A stretch of 38,018 nt of DNA from a virus: the IMG/VR virus record IMGVR_UViG_3300037789_000038, positions 1 through 38,018 of that record. One strand, written 5' to 3'. Below are positions 8,828 to 16,025 of the stretch, piece after piece. Every line of letters begins with the position of its first letter. Position 1 is the stretch's first letter. A model generated the notes under the pieces. It made no database searches and had not been told where the DNA came from. It worked only from the letters and a program-made list of their open reading frames with translations. The position numbers and the translations under genes are program-made.

Positions 8828-9319
8828 AAGGGCAAGGTCTACCTGCTGTAAGCCGCGCTGACCCTCGCTTTCGTGCTCTATCACCTGCGCCTGTGTCACT
8901 GGTGGGGCTGATTGCCCGTTGAGCACCACGTTCAACACAATGCCTCCGCTTTCCGCTGGTGACTTGTCGTGTGTTGGCTTAACCCCCGCAATCGCGAGCA
9001 GATGAGCGCTTGCGTCCTTTCTTACGCTTTCGCTGTTTGCCTTGTGTGCGAGGTGTTCGAGGGCTGCGGCTGACTTCATCAGGCCGATGGTTCGGAAGCG
9101 TTTATTTACCTTTGATGCGATTACGTCTGTGACATGCGGGCGGTTTAGGGCTCGATTGAGCGCTTCCCGTGTCATGCCGACTTTTTCTGCGGCAGCGCCT
9201 TGTGTTTCACACTCGCCGGAGATGAGCAGGTCGATAGCCTGGAGGACTTTCTTGCTCGGCGGTCTAGGTTTCTTTTTTTTTGCTGGCGTTTTGTCGTCGC
9301 TGTTAGCGGGCACACTCAT
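8804..9319 (-). CDS. putative terminase small subunit / DNA-binding protein
   Basis: Lys-rich N-terminus followed by an HTH-like segment AAAEKVGMTREALNRALNRPHV, directly upstream of terL. Start chosen at Met22 (9319) because the 9382 ATG lies inside the TATAAT that follows late motif copy 5. The start is uncertain. Confidence 0.5.
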   Translation of the reverse strand: MSVPANSDDKTPAKKKKPRPPSKKVLQAIDLLISGECETQGAAAEKVGMTREALNRALNRPHVTDVIASKVNKRFRTIGLMKSAAALEHLAHKANSESVRKDASAHLLAIAGVKPTHDKSPAESGGIVLNVVLNGQSAPPVTQAQVIEHESEGQRGLQQVDLALEGGRGDE

Positions 9320-9390
9320 GGCTGTTTTGTCCGTGTTGATAGGGTGGGGATGAGTGCGCGCGCGTAGCGTTGCCTGTCTCATTATAGGTT

Positions 9391-9402
9391 GTCAATGGAC
9401 AG
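9391..9402 (-). promoter_or_regulatory. late-operon motif variant CTGTCCATTGAC, copy 5, followed by TATAAT
   Basis: 10 of 12 positions match the late 12-mer. The minus strand reads CTGTCCATTGACAACCTATAATGAG at the head of the late operon. Confidence 0.5.
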
Positions 9403-9430
9403 ATGGTTTTTTGGCTCTGAGCCTTCGATA

Positions 9431-9545
9431 TGCAATTTGCTTTATATGTTTTTGGTTTGGCGTTTTGTGGGGGGTTTCGCTGTTTTTATATCACTATGAT
9501 GCAATTTTCTTGTTTACTTTGATTACATCATGGTGATATAGTTCT
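9431..9545 (+). promoter_or_regulatory. AT-rich early promoter/operator region
   Basis: Palindrome GCAATTTGC at 9432..9440. TGCAATTTTCT at 9500..9510 is identical to 15874..15884. Extended -10-like TGATATAGT at 9534..9542. Confidence 0.45.
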
Positions 9546-9620
9546 TTTGTATCGGGCAGGAAGGCGCTGCAACGCCAACCCGCCCTAATCACCACCCCGG
9601 ATAATAGGAGTATCCCGGAT

Positions 9621-9797
9621 ATGACTATGCACAATCTTACAATCTTCGGTCTTTCGCTGACAATGGCAATCATCGCCTTGTCACCCACCGTTGCGGGTTT
9701 TTGTTTCCGCGCCGCCGTTGTCATGCCGTTCGCCTGGGTTGGCCTGGTCGATGAACCGACCGCCCGCGCGATTGTGTTTCTCGGCATGGAGGGCTGA
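9621..9797 (+). CDS. small membrane protein (58 aa, two hydrophobic segments)
   Basis: ORF below the track cutoff. AGGAG lies upstream, and the stop is 3 nt before the next start. Confidence 0.4.
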   Translation: MTMHNLTIFGLSLTMAIIALSPTVAGFCFRAAVVMPFAWVGLVDEPTARAIVFLGMEG

Positions 9798-9800
9798 CCG

Positions 9801-10157
9801 ATGGCAACAGTAAGCTTTGAGCAAATGGCCGAGCGGATCGATTGCGGTTTCTTCGTGCGCGGAGAGGGCCGCCAGACTGACGCCGACCGCTTGGAGCGCT
9901 TGCTTTCCACGTTCGACTTTCAAGCCTTGCTAGAATGCGAAGAAGAAGGCGACGACCCGGACGAGGAAGAGCTGCACCGGCGTTTCGATGATGAAATCTT
10001 GCCGTTTGTTGTGGAGCAATACGAGCAAGACGGGCAGCCAGATTGGCCGGCGCGCCGCGAAGCGTTTTGCAACTGGATCGACAGCCTAAACAAAGACGGC
10101 GAAATATCCGACTGGATAGCGTCTAACATCGATCAACCGGCAAGCTGTGGAGACTGA
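9801..10157 (+). CDS. highly acidic early protein (118 aa)
   Basis: RBS GGAGGG. Contains the acidic run ECEEEGDDPDEEEL plus many further Asp/Glu residues. Confidence 0.6.
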   Translation: MATVSFEQMAERIDCGFFVRGEGRQTDADRLERLLSTFDFQALLECEEEGDDPDEEELHRRFDDEILPFVVEQYEQDGQPDWPARREAFCNWIDSLNKDGEISDWIASNIDQPASCGD

Positions 10158-10161
10158 CACC

Positions 10162-10410
10162 ATGAAACAATCATTCAAAGACATGGCAACGCGCCACGAT
10201 AACGCAATCATTTCGTTCGTCTCTTGTGTTGTCCGAGATATCGACTGCACCGAGGCAGACGCGCGCGCAATCCTGGGCTTGTACCTTGAGCACAAGATAG
10301 CCACCGTCGACCACCTGGGCGGAGGTGTGCGCGTTAAGCATGGCGCGTACCTTGAGCCCAACAGCCTGGAAAATGCCTTGCAGATGGTGCGTGAGACAGC
10401 CGCCGCATGA
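10162..10410 (+). CDS. hypothetical protein (82 aa)
   Basis: ATG at 10162 preceded by GGAG. The upstream ATG at 10147 would overlap the preceding gene. Confidence 0.5.
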   Translation: MKQSFKDMATRHDNAIISFVSCVVRDIDCTEADARAILGLYLEHKIATVDHLGGGVRVKHGAYLEPNSLENALQMVRETAAA

Positions 10411-10495
10411 CGCACCGCCGAGGGGCTTGGCAGAACGCCGAGCCTCTAACGGTGCGCCAATGGTGGCGGCCAGTTCAAGATAGGAGATTGGACAA

Positions 10496-10702
10496 ATGAC
10501 TTGGAACAATGAGCGCCGCGCAGAATGCGGAGGAAATGCCGTGCAGGCCGGAACGCCTGACTTCGAATACAACGACCCGCAAACAAACCTTGTGGACGCG
10601 CTAACAAATATCATGCACCACGCGGCCGCCGAATGTGACTTTGATCAGGCGTTACGGTCGGCCCGTATGCACTTCGAAGCAGAGCAGGAGGGCGACCAAT
10701 GA
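10496..10702 (+). CDS. hypothetical protein (68 aa)
   Basis: RBS TAGGAG 9 nt upstream of the ATG. Confidence 0.55.
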   Translation: MTWNNERRAECGGNAVQAGTPDFEYNDPQTNLVDALTNIMHHAAAECDFDQALRSARMHFEAEQEGDQ

Positions 10703-11004
10703 TTGCGCGCCACACGCCGGGCCCTTGGAATATCCGCCCAAAATGCGGAGGACAGATCGACAGCCCGAAAGGGCACCTTGCGACAGTTTACACGCACGGA
10801 GCAAATGACGCCGACTTTGACGAATGCACGGCGAACGCTCGATTAGTTGCCAGCGCGCCAGAACTCTTGCACGTATTGGAGCGCATTCTGTACGCCCACG
10901 ACACACACGGCACCGGCGCCGCAATGGGCGAGGCTATATTGTGCCGCGCTTACGCTGAAATGGCGCGGCACGCCATCGCCAAGGCGCGGGGGCTGGACAC
11001 ATGA
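10699..11004 (+). CDS. hypothetical protein of the HTPGPW ... NARLVASAPELL type
   Basis: ATGA overlap with the preceding gene. The motif pair recurs in many phage proteins of unknown function. Confidence 0.6.
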   Translation: MIARHTPGPWNIRPKCGGQIDSPKGHLATVYTHGANDADFDECTANARLVASAPELLHVLERILYAHDTHGTGAAMGEAILCRAYAEMARHAIAKARGLDT

Positions 11005-11267
11005 GCGAGCGCCCATTATGGCGGATCACTGCCTACAGCATGAAATACCGCAAGCGCATTCACTTGTTTACGTGGAGACGTTCGCCGGATGAAGGGATTG
11101 CGCGCGCGAAGCGTGACACGCTCGACTTTCCGCACCTTGGCGAATTGCGCGAATACAAGGCCGAACCCTTGGCCGTCGAATTGACAGACCAGGGCCAGCA
11201 GTACGTAATTCCGGGCGCAGAACGCGACCCGGAGCGCGGGCCCACACAAGGGAGCCTTTGGGAGTGA
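11001..11267 (+). CDS. hypothetical protein (88 aa)
   Basis: ATGA overlap with the preceding gene. Confidence 0.5.
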   Translation: MSERPLWRITAYSMKYRKRIHLFTWRRSPDEGIARAKRDTLDFPHLGELREYKAEPLAVELTDQGQQYVIPGAERDPERGPTQGSLWE

Positions 11268-11470
11268 ACGCAGAGCAGCTAGAACGCGCGGGGAGGGGAT
11301 TGTTTGGCGAGCGCTGGCAATCTCCCCTTGCGCGCGCGGTCGGAGTATCAATCCCGCAGATGCAACGATATGCAAAAGGCTCATATGAGATACCGCGCGC
11401 CGTGGAATTAGCGGTTAAGTATCTTTCCGCTCATCCAAAGATTGCGCAAGAGTACGGCCAGAAGCGATAA
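11258..11470 (+). CDS. small HTH DNA-binding protein (about 70 aa)
   Basis: HTH-like segment LARAVGVSIPQMQRYAKGSYEIPRAVELAV. Start is TTG at 11258 or GTG at 11264. It is the last gene of the early operon. Confidence 0.55.
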   Translation: MGVNAEQLERAGRGLFGERWQSPLARAVGVSIPQMQRYAKGSYEIPRAVELAVKYLSAHPKIAQEYGQKR

Positions 11471-11858
11471 CGGTCGCCGCGTTTGATAAGGTTTCGGCGG
11501 CCTCCATTAATTCCCGGGCAACCTCTGTCCGTTTTGGCATCGGTACACCAGTTTCCTTGATTTCCAGGCGGCACTGATGGTCATCAAGTATCTTAGCGAT
11601 CACGGTCGCGGAACTGCGCCAACTAGCCTTGGGAAAGCCGTCTGTTTCGATTGTTAGCGCCATACCAAGCGCCCGGGCCCACCAGTTTAACGAAACAAGC
11701 GATGGCCGCCGCTTTCCGCTTTCATACCAGCCGCACAAACCAGCGGCCCACCCCGTCATCCTGTCCACGTCGAGTTGCGTATAGCCAAGCTGTTTACGGC
11801 GGTTGCGGAACCCATCGATAAGCGGTCGCAAGAGCGGATCAATCTCATATGCCGGCAT
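11415..11858 (-). CDS. XRE-family HTH regulator with a C-terminal domain
   Basis: HTH segment RRKQLGYTQLDVDRMTGWAAGLCGWYESGKRRPSLVSLNWWARALG. It is the last gene of the leftward operon. Confidence 0.7.
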   Translation of the reverse strand: MPAYEIDPLLRPLIDGFRNRRKQLGYTQLDVDRMTGWAAGLCGWYESGKRRPSLVSLNWWARALGMALTIETDGFPKASWRSSATVIAKILDDHQCRLEIKETGVPMPKRTEVARELMEAAETLSNAATVIASGRTLAQSLDERKDT

Positions 11859-12033
11859 TCTTAAACTCCTGCAATCCGGTTTCGATCAACACGCGGAATT
11901 GTTCGGAAAGGCTGCAGTTGCTAAACACAGCCAGCGCCCGCACTTGGTCAAATGTTTCTTCATCTAGCCGCAGGACGTGCCGCTTGATGTGCGGGCGACG
12001 TTCGTCTCGCCACCCTTTGCCGATCCGCTTCAT
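11845..12033 (-). CDS. ribbon-helix-helix (Arc/CopG-like) protein
   Basis: 62 aa. The segment HVLRLDEETFDQVRALAVFSNCSLSEQFRVLIETGL fits a strand-helix-helix pattern. Confidence 0.55.
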   Translation of the reverse strand: MKRIGKGWRDERRPHIKRHVLRLDEETFDQVRALAVFSNCSLSEQFRVLIETGLQEFKNAGI

Positions 12034-12605
12034 TCGGCAGCGTCCGCTTCGGGCGGTTGAACGGCGGCCGCGAGGCTTGCCATTAAATCCTTGAGACCGG
12101 CCTGCACTTTTTCGCGATCACGTTCAACGAGTGCGGCCCGCTCATCCTCATCCCGCCGCCGCTTGTGCTCTGCAAGCTGTCTCTCTGCGCCGACGATCAC
12201 AAGTCGGCGCCGCGCCACCAACTCAGACAATACGGCCTGCACGTCAGCGATGGACGGCAACCAGCGCGCACGCCGAGGTATCTCCTTACACGCCTGCATT
12301 ACGATCACCGGCGGGAACTCAGCAAGCAATGCCGTGAGAGCCCGTGCGTAGGTTGCTGCGTCGTGAAAATCCTCTTTGCCGCGCTTCGGGTACTGCGCGA
12401 TGATACGCTTGCTTGCGGCCGAAGCGGTATCAACATCGCTTGTCCCGGTAATCTCGCTTGTGGCCGCCTGGATGGCCCGTTGGCACACGTCCTCTGGCAC
12501 CAGCATGTCATTCCGGGCGATAACGTCATTGTGCCCTAGCGCCCGCGCTACAGCGTCAGACACGCCTTCCGGCGCAATTGCCGGCAGCCCCATTTGCTCG
12601 CTCAT
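12030..12605 (-). CDS. hypothetical replication-module protein (191 aa)
   Basis: ATGA-type overlaps on both sides and a charged C-terminal helix. No NTPase motif seen. Confidence 0.55.
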   Translation of the reverse strand: MSEQMGLPAIAPEGVSDAVARALGHNDVIARNDMLVPEDVCQRAIQAATSEITGTSDVDTASAASKRIIAQYPKRGKEDFHDAATYARALTALLAEFPPVIVMQACKEIPRRARWLPSIADVQAVLSELVARRRLVIVGAERQLAEHKRRRDEDERAALVERDREKVQAGLKDLMASLAAAVQPPEADAAE

Positions 12606-13438
12606 GCCGCGCCTCCGAAATACTCGTCTCGGATTTTGTCAAACTCATCCATGATCGATCCGCCTCCCGCACCGTCCGTGCGGTCATAGGCGCCTTCCAT
12701 CAATTTCGTGAATGAACTTTCCTGCAGCACAAAATCGATGTTCGCTTTCCAGCCACGACTATTCTCGCCGTGCATCCAGGCGGCATCGGCCACCTTACTC
12801 ATCGCCACGCGCCAGCCTTCGACGCCGCCACAGTCCGACAGCCGCTTTCGCAATCGGCTGCGCCTTGCGTCAGTCAGTTTTTGGCATTGAGGAAGCCCGA
12901 GGCTTTTCGCTGTCTCATTCCAAATCCGCACCGCTTCGCCTTCGGTCGAACGGTCGCAGATGGCAGGGAGGGCGAGCAGATCATCATCGTCTTTGCCGTC
13001 ATCGAAAAGCGACGGCGGATCAGGTTTATATTCTGTAGTACCGTTAGGTACTACTGGTGTAGGTGAAGGTGAAGGGCATGCTTCATGCAATGCGTCCGCA
13101 TCGTCTTTTTGCCATCTTTTGTTTGCGGCATTTCTGGCTATTTCGCTCTTTTTGTCGCGGTTTTCTGCGGCCTGCAGGCGCTCTTTATCAATTCTCTTAT
13201 GACGCAGCACCCCATCTTTTTCGTAAAAAAATTCACGAATAATTGGCGAGAGATTTTTCCATTTGTATGGTGATAATTTGCAAATTCTCTGCAAACGCAC
13301 ATCATCGTTGGGCAATTCGCCCTTTCGCCAGCAGTGCATCAGCAGCAGCAAATAGGCACCATGTTCCTCACAAGAAAGGTCGGCAGTGTCAGCCAAATAG
13401 TCCGCAATATAGAGCGGCATCCACATATCGGTTTTCAT
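12602..13438 (-). CDS. DUF1376 (YdaU-like) replication-associated protein
   Basis: N-terminus WMPLYIADYLADTADLSCEEHGAYLLLLMHCWRKGELPNDD is typical of DUF1376. Confidence 0.8.
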   Translation of the reverse strand: MKTDMWMPLYIADYLADTADLSCEEHGAYLLLLMHCWRKGELPNDDVRLQRICKLSPYKWKNLSPIIREFFYEKDGVLRHKRIDKERLQAAENRDKKSEIARNAANKRWQKDDADALHEACPSPSPTPVVPNGTTEYKPDPPSLFDDGKDDDDLLALPAICDRSTEGEAVRIWNETAKSLGLPQCQKLTDARRSRLRKRLSDCGGVEGWRVAMSKVADAAWMHGENSRGWKANIDFVLQESSFTKLMEGAYDRTDGAGGGSIMDEFDKIRDEYFGGAA

Positions 13439-13659
13439 ATCTCACCGTCCTCGTTCCTTCGCTTCTCTAACTCTTTTCGGATTACGTTCCCGGAAAACGA
13501 ACGGCCGGCAGCGAAGCCAGCGCGGTACGCATCGCTTGTGCCTTCCAGGCTGGCTTTTGCCGGCGCGTATTCGACTAACGACAAGGCATCACAAAGCCCG
13601 TCACGGGCTGCACGGTTAAATAGCTTTTTTAATTCGCCGTTGATAATCTGATCGCTCAT
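13435..13659 (-). CDS. hypothetical protein (74 aa)
   Basis: Overlapping starts and stops within the operon. Confidence 0.5.
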   Translation of the reverse strand: MSDQIINGELKKLFNRAARDGLCDALSLVEYAPAKASLEGTSDAYRAGFAAGRSFSGNVIRKELEKRRNEDGEI

Positions 13660-14108
13660 GTTGGCATCCCCGCCAAAAGGCAGCCAATCGCATCAGCAGT
13701 GTGATCGCTGCACGGTGAATATCCGCGCTCTTTGAGCGCTTCGATCATTTCTTCTTTTGTGGCGCGTCCGTTGCCGGTGGCCGCCTTCTTAATCGTTCCC
13801 GGGCTAAAGCCGCGATAGTCAAAGCCGTGGTGTTCGCACCACCAAAGCAAAATTCCTGTCTGCATAAGGATGATTGTCTGATTGCCTTGGGCAAAATCGA
13901 TCTTCTCGTAAAAGACCGTATCAATGCCCTCATATTGGCTTTTCATTTCCGTGAGCCAGCGCTTGAACTCAAAATGCCGTCGACCCGGGCGCTCTTTTGG
14001 CCCGCGCTGCGGAAAGGACTTAGCACCGTGCAGCACGACGCCATCGGCGCGGCGCACGGCCCACCCGACATTACTGCCAAGGTCAAGCGCGAGCACCGCG
14101 CCTGTCAT
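13656..14108 (-). CDS. RuvC-like Holliday junction resolvase
   Basis: Motifs LALDLGSNVGWA, FYEKIDF and DHTADAIG fit the RuvC acidic catalytic residues. Confidence 0.8.
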   Translation of the reverse strand: MTGAVLALDLGSNVGWAVRRADGVVLHGAKSFPQRGPKERPGRRHFEFKRWLTEMKSQYEGIDTVFYEKIDFAQGNQTIILMQTGILLWWCEHHGFDYRGFSPGTIKKAATGNGRATKEEMIEALKERGYSPCSDHTADAIGCLLAGMPT

Positions 14109-14506
14109 TAGGCGGCCTCCGGTTGCGAGCCGACGCCGGGATTATCGGCGTCAGGATCGGCGCCGCCGGCCCCATGCGCCCGCTCCATAGCCGCGACGAA
14201 ATCAAGTTGGTCGCCGGCGCCCAAAGCATCGAACGTGGTTTTGATGGTAGAGAGAAATTCGGCCCGGTCATCGCCATCGATACCGTAGAGCCCGCGGGCA
14301 AAGTTGAAATCGGCAATCTTCATGCCGAGTTTGCCCTTAATGTTTGTATGTTTGAGTTTCTTGATCTTCTCGGAGACAGCCTTGCGCTCAGCCTCTAATT
14401 CATCCAATTGCGCGCATGTTGTTTTGATGAACTGCGCTTTTTCGTGTTCTGACATTTCAGAATTGTGCCCCTCGCCTGGGGCTTGATTGGTTTGTTCTTC
14501 GTCCAT
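14108..14506 (-). CDS. GapR/DUF2312-like protein (weak)
   Basis: GHNS motif followed by LDELEAERKAVSEKIKKLK...GMKIADFNFARGLY. The pattern resembles the DUF2312 coiled-coil DNA binders of Alphaproteobacteria. Confidence 0.45.
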   Translation of the reverse strand: MDEEQTNQAPGEGHNSEMSEHEKAQFIKTTCAQLDELEAERKAVSEKIKKLKHTNIKGKLGMKIADFNFARGLYGIDGDDRAEFLSTIKTTFDALGAGDQLDFVAAMERAHGAGGADPDADNPGVGSQPEAA

Positions 14507-14563
14507 TTAAACGTCCTTTCGGTGAAGTTGGTACGAAGTCCCGTGCGCCGGAAAAGTGAAAAA

Positions 14564-14623
14564 CACTATGTATTGATACTCACACTATATTTTGTGTTAT
14601 TTTAATTGGCCTGTACTATATTG
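14564..14623. repeat. AT-rich patch with three iteron-like repeats (CACTATGTATTG / CACTATATTTTG / TACTATATTG)
   Basis: Read directly at 14564, 14583 and 14614. The patch lies between the terminator and the first replication-operon gene. Confidence 0.6.
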
Positions 14624-14629
14624 TTTTTT

Positions 14630-14660
14630 AACAGAAAAATAGGGCGCTACACTTGCGCCC
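14630..14660 (-). terminator. intrinsic terminator downstream of the cro-like gene
   Basis: The minus strand reads GGGCGC-AAGTGTA-GCGCCC followed by TATTTTTCTGTT. Confidence 0.7.
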
Positions 14661-14675
14661 GACTAATAAATTAAA

Positions 14676-14873
14676 TTATGCTGCTTGCCCTTTGGCGAGA
14701 ATTTCCATGTGCTCGAACATTTTTCGAGCCGTGCTCTCAGTGAATGAGGTCTTGCCTTGACGTGCCCGGGCAAGCGTGGTTGCCGCCACGCCGGTTGCCT
14801 TACAAACGTCAGCCAAATCAACGCCGATATCAGCGGCGCGTCGTTCCAATTGGTCTAGGTATGTTTCGAACAT
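14676..14873 (-). CDS. Cro-like HTH regulator (65 aa)
   Basis: The internal ATG at 14873 gives MFETYLDQLE...VDLADVCKATGVAATTLARARQGK. It is divergent from cI. The longer track ORF would cross the operators and the cI start. Confidence 0.7.
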   Translation of the reverse strand: MFETYLDQLERRAADIGVDLADVCKATGVAATTLARARQGKTSFTESTARKMFEHMEILAKGQAA

Positions 14874-14893
14874 ACCTGCGGGATAATGCGTTT

Positions 14894-14943
14894 TTGCACG
14901 TATGTCAATGCGATCTTGCAGGATGACACACATTTTGCAGGAT
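14894..14943. promoter_or_regulatory. operator cluster between cro-like and cI (OR-like)
   Basis: TTGCACGTAT at 14894, TTGCAGGAT at 14916 and TTGCAGGAT at 14935, spaced about 20 bp apart. Confidence 0.6.
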
Positions 14944-14956
14944 TGGATGATGCGAT

Positions 14957-15604
14957 ATGCAAAACAGATCAGACTTAAAGCACTGGTTACAATCGAGAAT
15001 GCGGCAAACAGGATGGTCTGCGGACCGTTGGGCGAAACAAGCAAAAATCGCCCCATCGACCGTCACGCGCTTTCTAAAGCACGACGATGCGCCGATGATG
15101 TCTCTAACCACGATCAATAAACTGACCGACGCACTGCCAGAAAATATCGACTATGGCGATGAAGATGATGACGCTATTTATTCGACACAACACGCAGCCG
15201 TGCCAAGATGGGACTATCGCGCCAGCGCCGGCCAAGGCATCCAAATACAAGAAGGCCCGGAAGAACGAGACTGTCTCCTTTTTCAGCGCGATTGGTTGGA
15301 GGGCATTGCCTCAAACGGCATAGACAAACTCTTTGCCTTAACAATCGAGGGCAACTCAATGGCGCCCACGCTCTTAGATGGCGATACGATCCTTGTCGAC
15401 CGCGCACAGACAAAGCCTCGCGGCGACGGAATTTACTTGCTCAACGTCGACGGTGAGTTGCTAGTAAAGCGCCTGCAGCGATCAATGGCCGATGGCACAT
15501 GGACGATTATCAGCGACAACCAGCTATATCCGAGTGAGCACGGCATAACGCCTGATTTGCTCGACATTGAAGGGCGCGTGCGATGGATCGGCCGTAAGAT
15601 TTAA
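14957..15604 (+). CDS. cI: CI-type repressor with LexA/S24 autopeptidase domain
   Basis: N-terminal HTH WSADRWAKQAKIAPSTVTRFL. C-terminal GNSMAPTL (Ser) and LLVKRLQ (Lys). Confidence 0.9.
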   Translation: MQNRSDLKHWLQSRMRQTGWSADRWAKQAKIAPSTVTRFLKHDDAPMMSLTTINKLTDALPENIDYGDEDDDAIYSTQHAAVPRWDYRASAGQGIQIQEGPEERDCLLFQRDWLEGIASNGIDKLFALTIEGNSMAPTLLDGDTILVDRAQTKPRGDGIYLLNVDGELLVKRLQRSMADGTWTIISDNQLYPSEHGITPDLLDIEGRVRWIGRKI

Positions 15605-15828
15605 CGGCAACGCCAAATGACATGATGGCGATTTTTTTCGGGAATGTATTGTACCATTTCCGGGCTCTTGCCGGGGTGGGTTTTATTACACCAATTCTCA
15701 GCAATCAAATCGACTTCCTTTGAAGGAATACCCCGAACAACCATTGTGTTTTCGGTTTCAGAAACGATATGCGGCGCCACGCATCCCGCTATAGCGCCAG
15801 CAATAAACACTACTGCAATTTTATTCAT
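15601..15828 (-). CDS. small lipoprotein (75 aa), candidate prophage-expressed moron
   Basis: Signal peptide with lipobox MNKIAVVFIAGAIAGC. It lies between cI and the OL-like operators on the opposite strand. Confidence 0.65.
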   Translation of the reverse strand: MNKIAVVFIAGAIAGCVAPHIVSETENTMVVRGIPSKEVDLIAENWCNKTHPGKSPEMVQYIPEKNRHHVIWRCR

Positions 15829-15861
15829 AGCCCAATCGTTGCATGACTAACTCGGTCACGC

Positions 15862-15919
15862 ATCCTGCAAAATTGCAATTTTCTCTTGCTTCGTAAAAAA
15901 TATTGCATTATTGCAGTAT
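15862..15919. promoter_or_regulatory. operator cluster upstream of the rightward recombination/int operon (OL-like)
   Basis: ATCCTGCAA at 15862 is the reverse complement of TTGCAGGAT. Palindrome TGCAAAATTGCA at 15866..15877. TTGCA at 15903 and 15911. Confidence 0.6.
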
Positions 15920-16025
15920 TCGTTGCCCCTCAAGGCAACAAGTTCGAGTGCGCCGAAGCCCGCCGGTCTGACACCGAGGGATGGTCCCAAGGGGGGCCGG
16001 CGGGCAGGCGGCAAGGAGGCGCAAT

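Noticed and set aside
9494-9910. 138-aa minus-strand ORF (with the overlapping 80-aa ORF at 9681..9923)
   Set aside because: It spans the AT-rich divergent promoter region and runs antisense to two RBS-supported plus-strand genes. It has no upstream RBS.
14676-15056. 126-aa long form of the cro-like ORF
   Set aside because: The extra 61 N-terminal residues would be encoded across the operator cluster and the cI start codon. The internal ATG at 14873 yields a complete HTH protein.
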